Source: Clostridia bacterium
Lineage (GTDB): Bacteria > Bacillota > Clostridia > Oscillospirales > Acutalibacteraceae
Length of the DNA: 64,000 bases
Direction of reading: 5' to 3'
Assembly: GCA_017397105.1 (NCBI GenBank)
Contig: JAFQKF010000021.1
Coordinates: 4,895 to 68,894, forward strand
Each line of letters begins with the position of its first letter. Positions within the stretch are counted from its first letter, which is position 1. The notes beneath the pieces are model-generated. The model worked only from the letters and a program-made list of their open reading frames with translations. It was not told the DNA's origin and made no database searches. This document shows positions 29,039 through 39,846 of the stretch, piece after piece. The translations under genes were made by a program, and so were the position numbers.

Positions 29039-29127
29039 CACAGCGCAAAAGCCGATGACACCCCCTACGGAGCATCATCAGCGCCGCTGTGCTCATTATA
29101 TTATAACATAAATTTTAAAATACTCAA
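29039..29127 (-). promoter_or_regulatory. Promoter and long 5' leader hairpin upstream of nusB
   Basis: TTGAGT-16 bp-TATAAT with extended TG (29100-29127), followed by a stem-loop at 29039-29091. Confidence 0.6.
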
Positions 29128-29687
29128 CTGTTTAATTCAATAATTGTAATATTTTTACTGTCAAAACCCGTCTGACTGAGCATAATCTCCTGAATCTGCA
29201 CCGCTCCTGCAGAATCAAGCTTACCTTTTTCCACAATAACCTGTGCCGCATCACCGTTGATTGTTACTATGGTTTCGCAGTTAAGCTTAGCCGTTATAAG
29301 ATTTTCCGTGTCCCCCTCGAGCACAAGATTTTCCGCAAGTTCATTGAGCTTTTCGGTTGCATCTTTGACCGCCTGAGCATCGGAATCCGCAGAACCGATA
29401 ACTGCATTGAGCATCTCCGCCGCTTCGTCGTGAGCACTCTGACGCTTAAGCCTTGCACCTGCAAAATACTCGGCAGTTTTGTTATCCGCCTCAGTCACCT
29501 CTGACGAAATAACGTACCTTGCTTCACCGAGCTTTGCGGATTCCTCGTCTGTTTCGGTTGCTGTAACGCTCACTTCAACCCCTGTTGACAGACTCTCGGG
29601 TTTTGTGTAGTACCAATTGACAAACACCGCCGCTCCGAGTGCCACAATAAGAGTTGCCATAAGAAGCTGCCTTTTTTTGATAATCAT
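29124..29687 (-). CDS. spoIIIAH: Stage III sporulation protein AH
   Basis: N-terminal TM, YFAGARLKR, ENLITAK; last gene of the eight-gene operon. Confidence 0.9.
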   Translation of the reverse strand: MIIKKRQLLMATLIVALGAAVFVNWYYTKPESLSTGVEVSVTATETDEESAKLGEARYVISSEVTEADNKTAEYFAGARLKRQSAHDEAAEMLNAVIGSADSDAQAVKDATEKLNELAENLVLEGDTENLITAKLNCETIVTINGDAAQVIVEKGKLDSAGAVQIQEIMLSQTGFDSKNITIIELNS

Positions 29688-29709
29688 AACTGTTTCCTCC
29701 GTTTACAAT

Positions 29710-30270
29710 TTATCTTTTCATCTGCGCCACACTTACCCGTGCCGCACTTATGCCAAGCACCGCAGTTACAGCCTGCACAATGCTCTGCTTTACCGTAAAA
29801 TCATTGCCGCCCTCGCACACCACGGCAACACCCCGTATTTCAGGCTCAACGGTCTTGACCCTGACCGCCTGACCGTCAACAATAACGTAATCACTTTTTT
29901 CCTTTATGCTTTTATCGCCGTCAGCTTCATTATCGAACGAAGAATCCGAATCTCTTGCAAAGACCTGCTCTTCTCCGCTTTCAAGAGTAACCATAACCTT
30001 CACCACCCCTGCACCCTCGATTTCAGAAAGAAGCTTACAAAGTCTGCTTTCAATTTCAGCTGCATATTCTGTGGGGGCGCCGTAATTGTCCGAAGCTTTT
30101 TCAGGCAACTCCCCCTCTTTTTTCTCATCCGTAAAAGTGCTTGCAACAAGTGCTGCCACCGCACACAGCGCAAGAATGATGACCGGAATAAGCCTTGTAT
30201 CGATTTTGCATCTGCCGCTGAGTTTTGAAAGAATTTCTTTGGTTTTTTCACGCGCCGACTGCAGATTCAC
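29710..30270 (-). CDS. spoIIIAG: Stage III sporulation protein AG
   Basis: LSEIEGAGVVKVMVTL, PEIRGVAVVCEGG. Confidence 0.9.
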   Translation of the reverse strand: MNLQSAREKTKEILSKLSGRCKIDTRLIPVIILALCAVAALVASTFTDEKKEGELPEKASDNYGAPTEYAAEIESRLCKLLSEIEGAGVVKVMVTLESGEEQVFARDSDSSFDNEADGDKSIKEKSDYVIVDGQAVRVKTVEPEIRGVAVVCEGGNDFTVKQSIVQAVTAVLGISAARVSVAQMKR

Positions 30271-30746
30271 TTTATTTTCACCTCCACGGGAATTCCTGTT
30301 TTTTGCTCAACGGCATTCTTAACAGCATCAGATAAAAGAGAATACTCATCTTCCAAAAATATACACACTGAATTTATATTTATGCATCCGCTTTTCTGTA
30401 CGGCAGCCGCAACGCTGATGCTGTGCGTCTGCACACCAAGCCCTTCAAGAGCACCGTCTACAATCCGTGTCACCTCATCATTCAGCGCCCGTTCATACTG
30501 TGAGCTCACAAGCGAAGAGAGTTCTTCGTTTTCTACGGATTCGCCAAAAGAGATATCAGCAAAACCATCATATATATCAACGCTTTCAGCATTCAGAAAA
30601 GGAGTAATTGCCACACAGCATATGAACAGCCCGACCACCGTGCGCACCGTCTTTTCCATGTTACCGGAAGGCACCGCAAGCCACAGTATCCCACCCACTG
30701 CACATGATACCGCAAGAGCCGCAACAGCCTCTTTTATACTCTCCAT
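30267..30746 (-). CDS. spoIIIAF: Stage III sporulation protein AF
   Basis: VPSGNMEKTVRTVVGL...ITP; operon position. Confidence 0.85.
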   Translation of the reverse strand: MESIKEAVAALAVSCAVGGILWLAVPSGNMEKTVRTVVGLFICCVAITPFLNAESVDIYDGFADISFGESVENEELSSLVSSQYERALNDEVTRIVDGALEGLGVQTHSISVAAAVQKSGCININSVCIFLEDEYSLLSDAVKNAVEQKTGIPVEVKIK

Positions 30747-30747
30747 T

Positions 30748-31881
30748 TTAATTCTCCGTTCTCAGCGCAAGAACAATTGCGCATGAAATAATAAACACTG
30801 TCATGCAATAAATTATCAGCACGTTAATCATGGAAACAGTGTCACCTATACATTTGAGAAGTGCCGCCTGCTGCTCCTGACCCATTACCCGTGCAACAGC
30901 TTCGCCGAGTCTTAATGCAACAATCCACATAATCAGTTGTAAAATCGCAGGAGCATTTATCATAAAAACTGCCGATATCCCGAAAACTCCCAATGCAGAG
31001 TTGAGTACGGAAAGACTGCCTGCAACCGTTGAATATGCATCACTGAGCGCTCCGCCCACAACAGGCACCGCACTGCTTACAACAAGCTTTATCCCCTTAG
31101 CGGTCAGACTGTCCGCTGAGCGTGCAAGAACGCCTTTCAGCGCAAGCACGGAGGAAAACATCGCTGCTGCGAAAGACAGCACGTTTTTAACAGTTTTTGC
31201 AAGAGTTTCACACAGACCTCCGAACTTAAAATCAGGAGATACCGCAGCAGTTATACCAAGCGAAAGGCACGCTCCGCTTGCAGGAAGAATTACGGCTTTT
31301 GCAAGCTGCTCAACGCCTTGTGCCGCAGCAAGTGCAAACCCGGAATATGAAAGGGCAAGGGCGGGATTTCCGCTTGCCGTAACTGTAGCGGCAAAAGCAG
31401 GAATCAGCGCAAGCTCGAATCCTGCTGTAAGACTTATACAGGAAACACCTGCCTTGACAGCCGTATAAAGCTGAGCAAAAATGCCTATTATCAAAAAGCA
31501 GCCCGAAATAATATTGAGAATACTCCTGCTTCTTGCATCACCCGTAAAAAAGCATTGAACCAGACTGAGCAAAACAATACTTCCCACCGTTGTCAGAAAT
31601 GCATTGAGCGGCTGACGCAATCCGTTTTTAACCATAGACACCAGGCAATCAAAAATTGCTTCGGGTGAAAAATCAAGGAGCGCTCCGAAGTCAACCGTGT
31701 CAATACCTGCAAGCTCCATATATTCCTTTGCCTGTTCGGGCAACGAATCAAAAATCTCATCCGCTCCCACAGCTTCAAGCTGTTCATTATAATAATTCTC
31801 CTGCACCGCACAGGCGGTAACAGGCATCAGAACAACGGCACATAAAACGATTACAGTTTTTATAATATTGTGTTTTTTCAT
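30748..31881 (-). CDS. spoIIIAE: Stage III sporulation protein AE
   Basis: Multi-pass membrane protein, VPVVGGALSDA. Confidence 0.9.
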   Translation of the reverse strand: MKKHNIIKTVIVLCAVVLMPVTACAVQENYYNEQLEAVGADEIFDSLPEQAKEYMELAGIDTVDFGALLDFSPEAIFDCLVSMVKNGLRQPLNAFLTTVGSIVLLSLVQCFFTGDARSRSILNIISGCFLIIGIFAQLYTAVKAGVSCISLTAGFELALIPAFAATVTASGNPALALSYSGFALAAAQGVEQLAKAVILPASGACLSLGITAAVSPDFKFGGLCETLAKTVKNVLSFAAAMFSSVLALKGVLARSADSLTAKGIKLVVSSAVPVVGGALSDAYSTVAGSLSVLNSALGVFGISAVFMINAPAILQLIMWIVALRLGEAVARVMGQEQQAALLKCIGDTVSMINVLIIYCMTVFIISCAIVLALRTEN

Positions 31882-32267
31882 CAGTCAATCAATCCCAGAG
31901 CCAGCAAGGCTACTTCTTTTATCATCGGCAGCGCTGCGGCAACGGCCGAAATTTTACCTGCAAGCTCTGCCGCACCTGCAAGAGTTACCGCACCCATATC
32001 ACGGCACAAATCCGCCGCAATCTGGGCAACAACGCAAATAACCGTTGCCTTAAGCAAAATTTTCACATAGTAAACGGAAACACCTGCATCAGCCATAAGC
32101 GACTGCGCCCCGGACGTAATATCCGCTGCCCCCTGCACACACGCAGACAGCACAACCGCTCCGCCTCCTATGAGCAGAAGCGGCGCAAACTCGGGCTTTA
32201 TCTGTTTTACTATCACGTACAGTAACCCTGACGCTACTGCAACGGCCACGGTTTTCAGTATATCCAT
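31881..32267 (-). CDS. spoIIIAD: Stage III sporulation protein AD
   Basis: KPEFA, ILLKA, ADLCRD, ELAGK. Confidence 0.9.
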   Translation of the reverse strand: MDILKTVAVAVASGLLYVIVKQIKPEFAPLLLIGGGAVVLSACVQGAADITSGAQSLMADAGVSVYYVKILLKATVICVVAQIAADLCRDMGAVTLAGAAELAGKISAVAAALPMIKEVALLALGLID

Positions 32268-32270
32268 AGG

Positions 32271-32465
32271 CTAAAAATCAAGAATCGTGCCTGCACTTTC
32301 AAGTAAAGTTACAAGCTGAGGAAGCAGCATCATAAGCACGGCGGCTATACCTGCAAGCGCCACTATCATTGCATAATCATCCCTGCCCGAGCGTGAAAGT
32401 ATGGAATTAAGTATAGCCACCAGGATTCCGACGGCCGCAATCTTTATAACAACCGTAATATCCAA
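32271..32465 (-). CDS. spoIIIAC: Stage III sporulation protein AC
   Basis: MDITVVIKIAAVGILVAILNSILSRSGRDDYA; TTG start, about 64 aa. Confidence 0.9.
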   Translation of the reverse strand: MDITVVIKIAAVGILVAILNSILSRSGRDDYAMIVALAGIAAVLMMLLPQLVTLLESAGTILDF

Positions 32466-32478
32466 CAAACCGCCCCTT

Positions 32479-32991
32479 TCAAACGATAAAAATTGCCGCC
32501 GCAAGCCCTGCAAAAAATCCGAGCGGCATATACAGCCCGGAATTCTTTTCAGCTGCTTTTCCGACTCTTTCAAGCTCGGAAGAAAACATTGTTTCATAAA
32601 GCGTGCACGAGGCAAGCTGACCCTCCAGATCCGTTGCTCCAAGCCCCCTGCCAAAGCCCGAAAGCTTCTGTGCATTCTCCCGACTCAGACTACTTTCTCT
32701 GTATTTTTCCTTTAAAGCATTCTCCCACGCATCCGGAAAAGCCTCCCCTTGCTCGCATCTGTTTTTACATTCACTCAGAAAAACAAGAGATGAAAATCCC
32801 GTATCAGAGCAAAGCTTTATCAGAATATCTCCGACAGGAGGACAGGTGAAGCCGAGCATAGATTTTATATCGGAGAACATTTTTACCAGCGCTTCAAGTG
32901 TTCTTACTTCATCCTTCTGATGCAGCGCCGCATATCTGCCAAGCATTGCCGCTGCCGCCACTGTCAGCATTGCCGCCACGTATTTCATCAT
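32479..32991 (-). CDS. spoIIIAB: Stage III sporulation protein AB
   Basis: N- and C-terminal TMs, FGRGLGATDLEGQ; ATG after GGAG. Confidence 0.88.
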   Translation of the reverse strand: MMKYVAAMLTVAAAAMLGRYAALHQKDEVRTLEALVKMFSDIKSMLGFTCPPVGDILIKLCSDTGFSSLVFLSECKNRCEQGEAFPDAWENALKEKYRESSLSRENAQKLSGFGRGLGATDLEGQLASCTLYETMFSSELERVGKAAEKNSGLYMPLGFFAGLAAAIFIV

Positions 32992-33931
32992 AAAGCTCCT
33001 TTGTTTTGAAATATTTTTCACTCCGGTCTGAAGCATCAAGCAGAACAACGTCCGAAAACGCTCCCGTTTCTATCAACCGTCTTACCTGCATTCTGGAGCA
33101 GAGTTCTTTCCTGCTTGAAGCGTGAACACTCACAATGAAAGAAACGCCGGAATTAAGACCCGACTCTATGGCACGTGTTTCCTCTTCACTGCCTGTTTCA
33201 TCACAGATTATGACCTGAGGTGAAAACGAACGCAAAGCAATCAATATCCCCTCACCCTTAGGGTATGACGTCAGGACGTCGCAATTTATACCAACGTCGT
33301 TCGCAGGCACTCCGTTATGCACGGCGGCAATCTCGCCACGTTCATCGCAAATAACCGTTCTTATAAACCTGCCCCTTTGCTCGCCCGAAAGCTGACGGGC
33401 AAGGTCACGCAGAACCGTTGTTTTGCCGGAAGACGGCGCACCTGCAACTATCACCCCGGGTAATGAATGAGCAAAAAGAGCCGAATAAATCCCGTTGGCA
33501 CTCCCTTTAATCTGCCTTGAGATGCGTATGTTAATACAGTTTATATCCCTTACGGAACAAACGTCATCCCCCTCTCTCATAGCCGTACCGCACACTCCTG
33601 CCCTGTGACCGCCCTCAACAGTTACGTAGCCGCTGTTTATTGAGGTACGGTGGCTGTGAACGGAATAACCGCAAATCCTTTTGAAGGTTTCATCAAGCTG
33701 TAAAGAGCTCACTTTCAACGCGCTTTGGGAATACACAGGGCTTAACCGTGAGCCGTAAACAAACATAGCACCCTGCGCACAGGTAAGCACAATGGGCATT
33801 TCGCTCCTCATGCGAATCTCAGTTACGAGATTCTGTTGATCCGGCGGCAAAGAACGCAACGCATCCCTCAACTCTGCACATAGGCAGTCTGTTGCCTGCA
33901 GAAAACGGCTGTTGTTGATATCCTCTTTCAT
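32909..33931 (-). CDS. spoIIIAA: Stage III sporulation ATPase AA
   Basis: EIRMR, GYVTVEGGHRAG, GAPSSGKTTVLRD, DERGEIA, SPQVIICDE. Confidence 0.93.
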   Translation of the reverse strand: MKEDINNSRFLQATDCLCAELRDALRSLPPDQQNLVTEIRMRSEMPIVLTCAQGAMFVYGSRLSPVYSQSALKVSSLQLDETFKRICGYSVHSHRTSINSGYVTVEGGHRAGVCGTAMREGDDVCSVRDINCINIRISRQIKGSANGIYSALFAHSLPGVIVAGAPSSGKTTVLRDLARQLSGEQRGRFIRTVICDERGEIAAVHNGVPANDVGINCDVLTSYPKGEGILIALRSFSPQVIICDETGSEEETRAIESGLNSGVSFIVSVHASSRKELCSRMQVRRLIETGAFSDVVLLDASDRSEKYFKTKELYDEIRGGNADSGGSGNAWQICGAASEG

Positions 33932-33951
33932 TCCCGTCCCCCTTTTTGTAA

Positions 33952-33980
33952 AGTGTATGATACCTTGTCCCCGCTTAGAA
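33952..33980 (-). promoter_or_regulatory. Putative sigmaE (mother-cell) promoter of spoIIIA
   Basis: TTCTAAG-14 bp-CATACACT matches the sigmaE -10 CATACAnT. spoIIIA is sigmaE-controlled in Bacillus subtilis and clostridia. Confidence 0.7.
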
Positions 33981-34003
33981 CTCAGTTTTCACAGATTGTT
34001 CAC

Positions 34004-34032
34004 TTGAAATATATTCCTTAATATGATATATT
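34004..34032 (+). promoter_or_regulatory. Putative sigmaA promoter of the YfhO-family gene
   Basis: TTGAAA-17 bp-TATATT with extended TG. Confidence 0.55.
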
Positions 34033-34083
34033 TTTAATATTAACTGCATCAGTTGCTATTTTTCTTGACACGGAGGTTTATAT

Positions 34084-36966
34084 ATGGACATATCTAAAGG
34101 CACTGCCCTGAAGAAAAAGACGCTGTTTGAAAAGATTTTTTCCGATAACTCATACAGCTGGCTTGCGGCAATATGCACGGGCTGTATCGCCCTGCTTATC
34201 GCTTACTGCTTTGAAATGATTCCTTTCGGAGACGTTACTATACTGCGAATGGATATGTATCACCAGTATTGCCCTTTGTTCGCAGAGCTTTATGACAGAG
34301 TTACGGGGCTTCAGAGCTTCCTCTACTCATGGCAAGCAGGTCTCGGCTCATCGTTTATAGGTAATTTTTACAACTATCTTTCCAGCCCCTCCGCCATATT
34401 CGTGCTGCTCTTCGGTCACGAAAACGTTCCCGAAGCCATTGCAGCCATGATTTTTTCAAAATCAGCCCTCGCAAGCGCAGCTTTTACCTATTACATCAAG
34501 AAGACCTTCGGTAAAGCTGACCAGGCAAGCGCGGCGTTCGGTATATTGTACGCAATGTGCGGCTGGTTTATCGCATACTACTGGGACGTTATGTGGGTTG
34601 ATGCAATGGTTTTCTTCCCCTTCATAATCCTCGGCATTGAAAAAATCATTGATTCACGCAGACCCGCCATGTATATGGCTGCGCTGTTCCTCACCATATT
34701 CACAAACTACTACATGGGCTACATGACGTGCCTTTTCTCGGTAATTTATTTCCTTATTTACTTTTTCTCCAAGTATGATTTCGGCGCTCTTGACGGAAAA
34801 GAATACTACTGGCAGGATTCCGCAACAAAAAGAAGCGTTCCTTTCGGCGAAAAAATCAAGCACTCCGTTTTCCTTAAAAGCGGATTCACCTTTGCAGGCG
34901 CAAGCATTGCCGCAGCGGCACTGTGCGCATTTGCACTTGTACCCGTTTATTTCATTTTGCAGACAAGCTATGCGGTAGACGATGCTTTCCCTGAAAACTG
35001 GAACTCATATTTCACTATTTTCGATTTCCTCGCAAACCATCTGGGCAGCCTTGAACCCACAATCAGAAGCAGCGGTGACGTTGTACTCCCCAACATCTTT
35101 TCGGGCGTGGGAACAATAATGCTTGTTTCTCTTTATCTTTTCACCAAAGCAATCCCCGTTAAAGAGAAAATCGCAAACGTTGCCTTGCTCGGGATTATGT
35201 TTGCAAGCTTCAATCTCAACACCATAAGCTTTATCTGGCACGGCTTCCATTACCCCAGCGATCTGCCTTACAGATTCTCGTTTATGTATTCATTCGTTCT
35301 GCTTGTCACCGCATATAAAGCGTTTATAAACATCAAAGAATTCACGGGCAGGCAGATTCTCGGCACAGGCGTTGCTCTCATAGGCTTTATCGTTCTCGTT
35401 CAGGAGCTCGGCTCCAAGAACGCGGAAGACATAGCAATAATCCTCAGCATTGTTTTTGCAGTAACCTATACTATAGTTTTCAACGTTGCAAGAAGCGGAA
35501 AATATCAGCAGACCGCTGTTGCCGTTTTACTGCTTTGCTGCATCGTGGGAGAGGTTGTTTGCTGCAACACACAGCATTACGATATCGACCAGACAAAGAC
35601 AAATTTCGCAGGCGATTATCACGATTACAAGGCTTTGCAGACAAGGCTTGATATTGAGGAAGAGGGCGAATTCTACCGCTCCGAACTCACCTACAACAGA
35701 GCAAGAATGGACCCCGCATGGTACGGCTACAACGGCATTTCCACCTTCACCTCAATGGCTTACGAATCCCTCTCAAAGCTTGAAAAATCCCTCGGCCTTG
35801 CAGGCAACAACGTAAACAGCTACACCTATTACCTGCAGACCCCCGTTTACAATGCCATGCACGCACTCAAGTACGTTATCGACAACGATGAAAAAGTAAC
35901 GGTTGAAACGGACTATTTCACCGTTTCCGATTCCGTCGGAAAATTCACGGCATACAAGAACAACTACTCCCTTCCCATCGCATTCAGCGTAAAAGAAGAT
36001 CTTGCACAGTGGTACACCGAGGGCGGAGATCCGTTCATTGTTCAGGGTCAGTGGTTTGAGCTTGCAACAGGCGTTTCTGACGTGTTTGAAAGAATGGAGA
36101 TAAGCGACATTGCTTATTACAACGTTGACGAAATCACCTCAGGCCTTGCAAACGGCAATATGTATTTCAACAAAACCACCTACGGCGAAGACGGAGAAAT
36201 AACCTTCTCCCTCTCCGTACCCGAAACAAGGCACTGTTATTTGTACGTTTACTCAAACACCTTTGATTCCGTTCAGATAAACAACGGCGATGACGCAACC
36301 GTAACCCAGTCAACGGATGAGCCTTACATTTACGACCTCGGCATTTGCGAGGCAGGCGAAAACGTGACCGTCCTTATTCCCATTGACGATTCACACGATT
36401 ACGGAAGCATTGAATTCCAGCCCTACGCCATGAATGACGAAGCGTTCATCAAAGGTTACAACATCCTTAACCGCAACGCAATCAGCATCGATTCCTTTGA
36501 AGACACCTCGATCAAGGGCACTGTAACCGTGCCTGCCGCATCCATGATTTATACATCAATCCCCTATGATGAAGGCTGGAGTGTCAAGCTCAACGGAGCA
36601 AAGGTTGCCCCCGAAAACATCATAGCTGCAGGCGAAGGCTTCCTTTGCGTAAAGGCTGAGCCCGGCGATTATACAATCGAATTCAGCTTTGTCCCCAAGG
36701 GTCTTTACATCGGCTGCGCAATCTCGGCGGCAACTGCCGTTATCCTGCTTGTAATATTCCTTATATGGAAGAAAAAGCAAAAAGAAAATCAGCCCGAACA
36801 AGCGCAGGCTGAAGAACTTCCCGTACAGGCAGATGAAGATTTTACCGAAACGCAGAATCCGATTGAAATCGAGCTTGACGAAAAAATCAAAAATGCGGAC
36901 GACATATTTATAAACGATTTCAAGCCCGAGGAAAAGGATCAGAACTCCCCTGAAAACAACGAATAA
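34084..36966 (+). CDS. YfhO-family membrane protein (putative GT-C glycosyltransferase)
   Basis: DMYHQY, YSWQAGLG, YYLSSP-like, NYYMGYM, WHGFHYP...YRFSF, SIPYDEGW, C-terminal TM; 960 aa. Confidence 0.88.
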   Translation: MDISKGTALKKKTLFEKIFSDNSYSWLAAICTGCIALLIAYCFEMIPFGDVTILRMDMYHQYCPLFAELYDRVTGLQSFLYSWQAGLGSSFIGNFYNYLSSPSAIFVLLFGHENVPEAIAAMIFSKSALASAAFTYYIKKTFGKADQASAAFGILYAMCGWFIAYYWDVMWVDAMVFFPFIILGIEKIIDSRRPAMYMAALFLTIFTNYYMGYMTCLFSVIYFLIYFFSKYDFGALDGKEYYWQDSATKRSVPFGEKIKHSVFLKSGFTFAGASIAAAALCAFALVPVYFILQTSYAVDDAFPENWNSYFTIFDFLANHLGSLEPTIRSSGDVVLPNIFSGVGTIMLVSLYLFTKAIPVKEKIANVALLGIMFASFNLNTISFIWHGFHYPSDLPYRFSFMYSFVLLVTAYKAFINIKEFTGRQILGTGVALIGFIVLVQELGSKNAEDIAIILSIVFAVTYTIVFNVARSGKYQQTAVAVLLLCCIVGEVVCCNTQHYDIDQTKTNFAGDYHDYKALQTRLDIEEEGEFYRSELTYNRARMDPAWYGYNGISTFTSMAYESLSKLEKSLGLAGNNVNSYTYYLQTPVYNAMHALKYVIDNDEKVTVETDYFTVSDSVGKFTAYKNNYSLPIAFSVKEDLAQWYTEGGDPFIVQGQWFELATGVSDVFERMEISDIAYYNVDEITSGLANGNMYFNKTTYGEDGEITFSLSVPETRHCYLYVYSNTFDSVQINNGDDATVTQSTDEPYIYDLGICEAGENVTVLIPIDDSHDYGSIEFQPYAMNDEAFIKGYNILNRNAISIDSFEDTSIKGTVTVPAASMIYTSIPYDEGWSVKLNGAKVAPENIIAAGEGFLCVKAEPGDYTIEFSFVPKGLYIGCAISAATAVILLVIFLIWKKKQKENQPEQAQAEELPVQADEDFTETQNPIEIELDEKIKNADDIFINDFKPEEKDQNSPENNE

Positions 36967-36974
36967 CAACAAGA

Positions 36975-37020
36975 AACGCACCGTAAAAGTCCAAAAGCTT
37001 TTACGGTGCGTTATTTTATT
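36975..37020. terminator. Bidirectional terminator between the yfhO-like gene and uvrA
   Basis: AACGCACCGTAAAAG...CTTTTACGGTGCGTT, a perfect 15-bp stem. Confidence 0.85.
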
Positions 37021-37022
37021 AA

Positions 37023-39845
37023 TCAAAGAACTTTGGCAAGATACTTACCGGTGTATGATTCAGGCACCCTTGCAACCTCCTCAGGTGTGCCGCAGGCAAC
37101 AATGTTGCCGCCAAGGTCGCCGCCCTCAGGACCCAAATCAATTATATGGTCCGCACTCTTGATAACGTCAAGATTATGCTCAATAACCACCACGGTATTG
37201 CCCGCATCAACAAGTCTTTCAAGCACGCCGATGAGGCAATGAACGTCCGCCGTGTGCAGACCCGTTGTAGGCTCGTCAAGTATATAGAGAGTTTTACCCG
37301 TTGCGTAGCGTGAAAGCTCCGTTGCAAGCTTTACCCTCTGCGCTTCGCCGCCCGAAAGAGTGGTTGCGGGCTGACCGAGTTTTACGTAACCCAGACCTAC
37401 ATCGTAAAGAGTTTGCAGTTTCTTGCTGATTTTCTGCTGATTCTCAAAGAATGAAACAGCCTCTTCAACAGTCATCTCAAGCACGTCACGTATACTCTTG
37501 CCCTTGAATTTAACCTCAAGCGTTTCTTTATTATATCTTGCGCCCTTGCAGACCTCGCAGGGCACGTAGATATCCGCAAGGAAATGCATCTCGATTTTCA
37601 CGATTCCGTCGCCCTGACAGGCTTCACATCTGCCGCCCTTGACGTTAAAAGAAAACCTGTTTGCCTTATAGCCTTTCTTTTTGGAATCGGAAAGGGATGC
37701 AAAGAGATCACGGATATCATTAAAAACGCCCGTATACGTGGCAGGATTCGAACGGGGAGTTCTGCCGATGGGAGACTGGTCTATGCAGATAACCTTATCA
37801 AGGTTTTCTATACCGAGCATATCCTTGTGTTTACCCGAAACTCTTCTTGCTCCGTTGAGTTCGCAGGCAAGACGTTTATGGATAATCTCATTTACAAGCG
37901 ACGATTTGCCCGAGCCCGAAACACCCGTAACGCAGACAAACTCACCCAAAGGAATTCTTACGTCAATATTTTTAAGATTGTTCTCGCTTGCGCCTATAAT
38001 CTTAAGTTCTTTGCCGTTACCTTTGCGTCTTTCTTCAGGTACGGGAATTTTCTTTCTGCCGCTGAGGTACTGACCCGTAAGCGACTGCTCACAGTTCATT
38101 ATATCCTCAACACTTCCGCAGCAAACAAGCTCACCGCCGTGAATTCCCGCTTTCGGTCCGATATCAACGATATAATCGGCACTGAGCATGGTTTCTTCAT
38201 CGTGCTCAACAACGATAAGAGTGTTACCCATATCACGCAATCCCTTAAGGGTTGCAATGAGTTTTTCGTTATCCCTCTGATGCAGGCCGATGCTCGGCTC
38301 ATCGAGGATATACATAACGCCCATAAGCGATGAGCCTATCTGAGTGGCAAGCCTGATTCGCTGGCTTTCACCGCCCGAAAGGGTTCCCGACGAACGGGAA
38401 AGGGAGAGATAATCAAGCCCCACATTCGAAAGAAATTCCATACGGTTACGTATTTCCTTGATAATTAGGTCCGCAATCATGGTATCTCTCTGCGAAAGAT
38501 TAAGCTCATCAAGGAATTTAAGACCGTCTTTTATAGACTTTTTTGTAAATTCGTCAATATTTATTCCGCCGACAGTAACGGCAAGAGCTTCCTTTTTAAG
38601 CCTTGCGCCGTTACATTCAGGGCATTTTACCGTTGACATAAGCGGCTCAATCTGCGCCCTTGAAGCTTCACTTGCGCTGGTTGTATAACGGCGCTCAAGG
38701 TTGGTTATAACACCTTCAAAATCACTCATATATGAACCGAAGCCGTATTCACTGCGGCGCTCAAGCTTTATCTTCTTACCCTTTGTACCGTAGAAAATCA
38801 CGTCCTTGGCTGTGGCGGAAAGCTCTCCGAACGGAGTGTCCAGAGAGAATCCGTAAGCCTCGGCAAGACCCTCAAAATACATCTGGGCAATCGTGCCGCC
38901 GTCAGAAGTTGACCAACCGGACGCCTTTATCGCACCCTCTTTTATTGAAAGAGATTTATCGGGTACTATCAAATCCTCATCAGGCTTCATGAACACACTC
39001 AGACCCGAGCAAACGGGGCAAGCGCCGAACGGATTGTTAAAAGAAAACGATCTCGGCTCAAGCTCCTCAATATTGACCCCGTGCTCAGGGCAGGCATAGT
39101 TGAGCGAAAACAGCTCCTCTTTGCCGTCTATTACGTCTATCAGAATCAGACCGTCCGAAAGATGCGCCGCCGTTTCAACAGATTCCGCAACTCTTGAGCG
39201 GATTGATTCCTTAACAACAAGGCGGTCCACCACCACTTCAATGTTATGCTTTATATTCTTTTCAAGCTTTATGGTTTCGGACAAATCGTAAATAACTCCG
39301 TCAACACGCACCCTGACGAAGCCGCTTTTGCGTATGCTTTCAAGCTCTTTTACAAACTCACCCTTTTTGCCCCTTGCAATGGGTGACATAACCTGAATTT
39401 TCGTGCCTTCCTCAAACTTCATAATTGCATCGGCAACGTCATCCACGGTCTGCTTTGCTATCTCTCTGCCGCAAACCGTACAGTGAGGCACACCGATTCT
39501 GGCATAAAGAAGCCTGAGATAATCGTAGATTTCCGTTACCGTACCGACGGTAGAGCGTGGATTTTTTGAGGTTGTTTTCTGGTCAATGGAAATCGCAGGC
39601 GAAAGACCCTCGATGTATTCAACATTGGGCTTTTCCATCTGACCGAGGAACTGCCTTGCATAGGAAGAAAGCGATTCCACGTAGCGTCTTTGTCCCTCTG
39701 CATAGATTGTATCAAATGCAAGGGAGGATTTTCCCGAGCCTGAAAGTCCCGTAAAAACGGTAAGACTGTCCCTCGGGATTTTTACGTCTATATTTTTAAG
39801 ATTGTGCTCTTTAGCACCTTTAACAGTAAGGTATTTCTGTGCCAT
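37023..39845 (-). CDS. uvrA: Excinuclease ABC subunit A
   Basis: [14 protein letters not shown], two ABC modules, zinc fingers, LSGGE, LDEP. Confidence 0.98.
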   Translation of the reverse strand: MAQKYLTVKGAKEHNLKNIDVKIPRDSLTVFTGLSGSGKSSLAFDTIYAEGQRRYVESLSSYARQFLGQMEKPNVEYIEGLSPAISIDQKTTSKNPRSTVGTVTEIYDYLRLLYARIGVPHCTVCGREIAKQTVDDVADAIMKFEEGTKIQVMSPIARGKKGEFVKELESIRKSGFVRVRVDGVIYDLSETIKLEKNIKHNIEVVVDRLVVKESIRSRVAESVETAAHLSDGLILIDVIDGKEELFSLNYACPEHGVNIEELEPRSFSFNNPFGACPVCSGLSVFMKPDEDLIVPDKSLSIKEGAIKASGWSTSDGGTIAQMYFEGLAEAYGFSLDTPFGELSATAKDVIFYGTKGKKIKLERRSEYGFGSYMSDFEGVITNLERRYTTSASEASRAQIEPLMSTVKCPECNGARLKKEALAVTVGGINIDEFTKKSIKDGLKFLDELNLSQRDTMIADLIIKEIRNRMEFLSNVGLDYLSLSRSSGTLSGGESQRIRLATQIGSSLMGVMYILDEPSIGLHQRDNEKLIATLKGLRDMGNTLIVVEHDEETMLSADYIVDIGPKAGIHGGELVCCGSVEDIMNCEQSLTGQYLSGRKKIPVPEERRKGNGKELKIIGASENNLKNIDVRIPLGEFVCVTGVSGSGKSSLVNEIIHKRLACELNGARRVSGKHKDMLGIENLDKVICIDQSPIGRTPRSNPATYTGVFNDIRDLFASLSDSKKKGYKANRFSFNVKGGRCEACQGDGIVKIEMHFLADIYVPCEVCKGARYNKETLEVKFKGKSIRDVLEMTVEEAVSFFENQQKISKKLQTLYDVGLGYVKLGQPATTLSGGEAQRVKLATELSRYATGKTLYILDEPTTGLHTADVHCLIGVLERLVDAGNTVVVIEHNLDVIKSADHIIDLGPEGGDLGGNIVACGTPEEVARVPESYTGKYLAKVL

Positions 39846-39846
39846 T

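Noticed and set aside
32909-32991. 83-nt overlap of spoIIIAA with spoIIIAB as a possible frameshift
   Set aside because: Both proteins look complete; a C-terminal run-on explains the overlap.
32271-33048. Long N-terminal extensions of the spoIIIAC and spoIIIAB ORFs
   Set aside because: Downstream starts with an RBS give family-typical lengths, and the extensions overlap neighbouring genes.
37584-38333. 249-aa ORF antisense to uvrA
   Set aside because: Typical antisense shadow ORF with no independent evidence.
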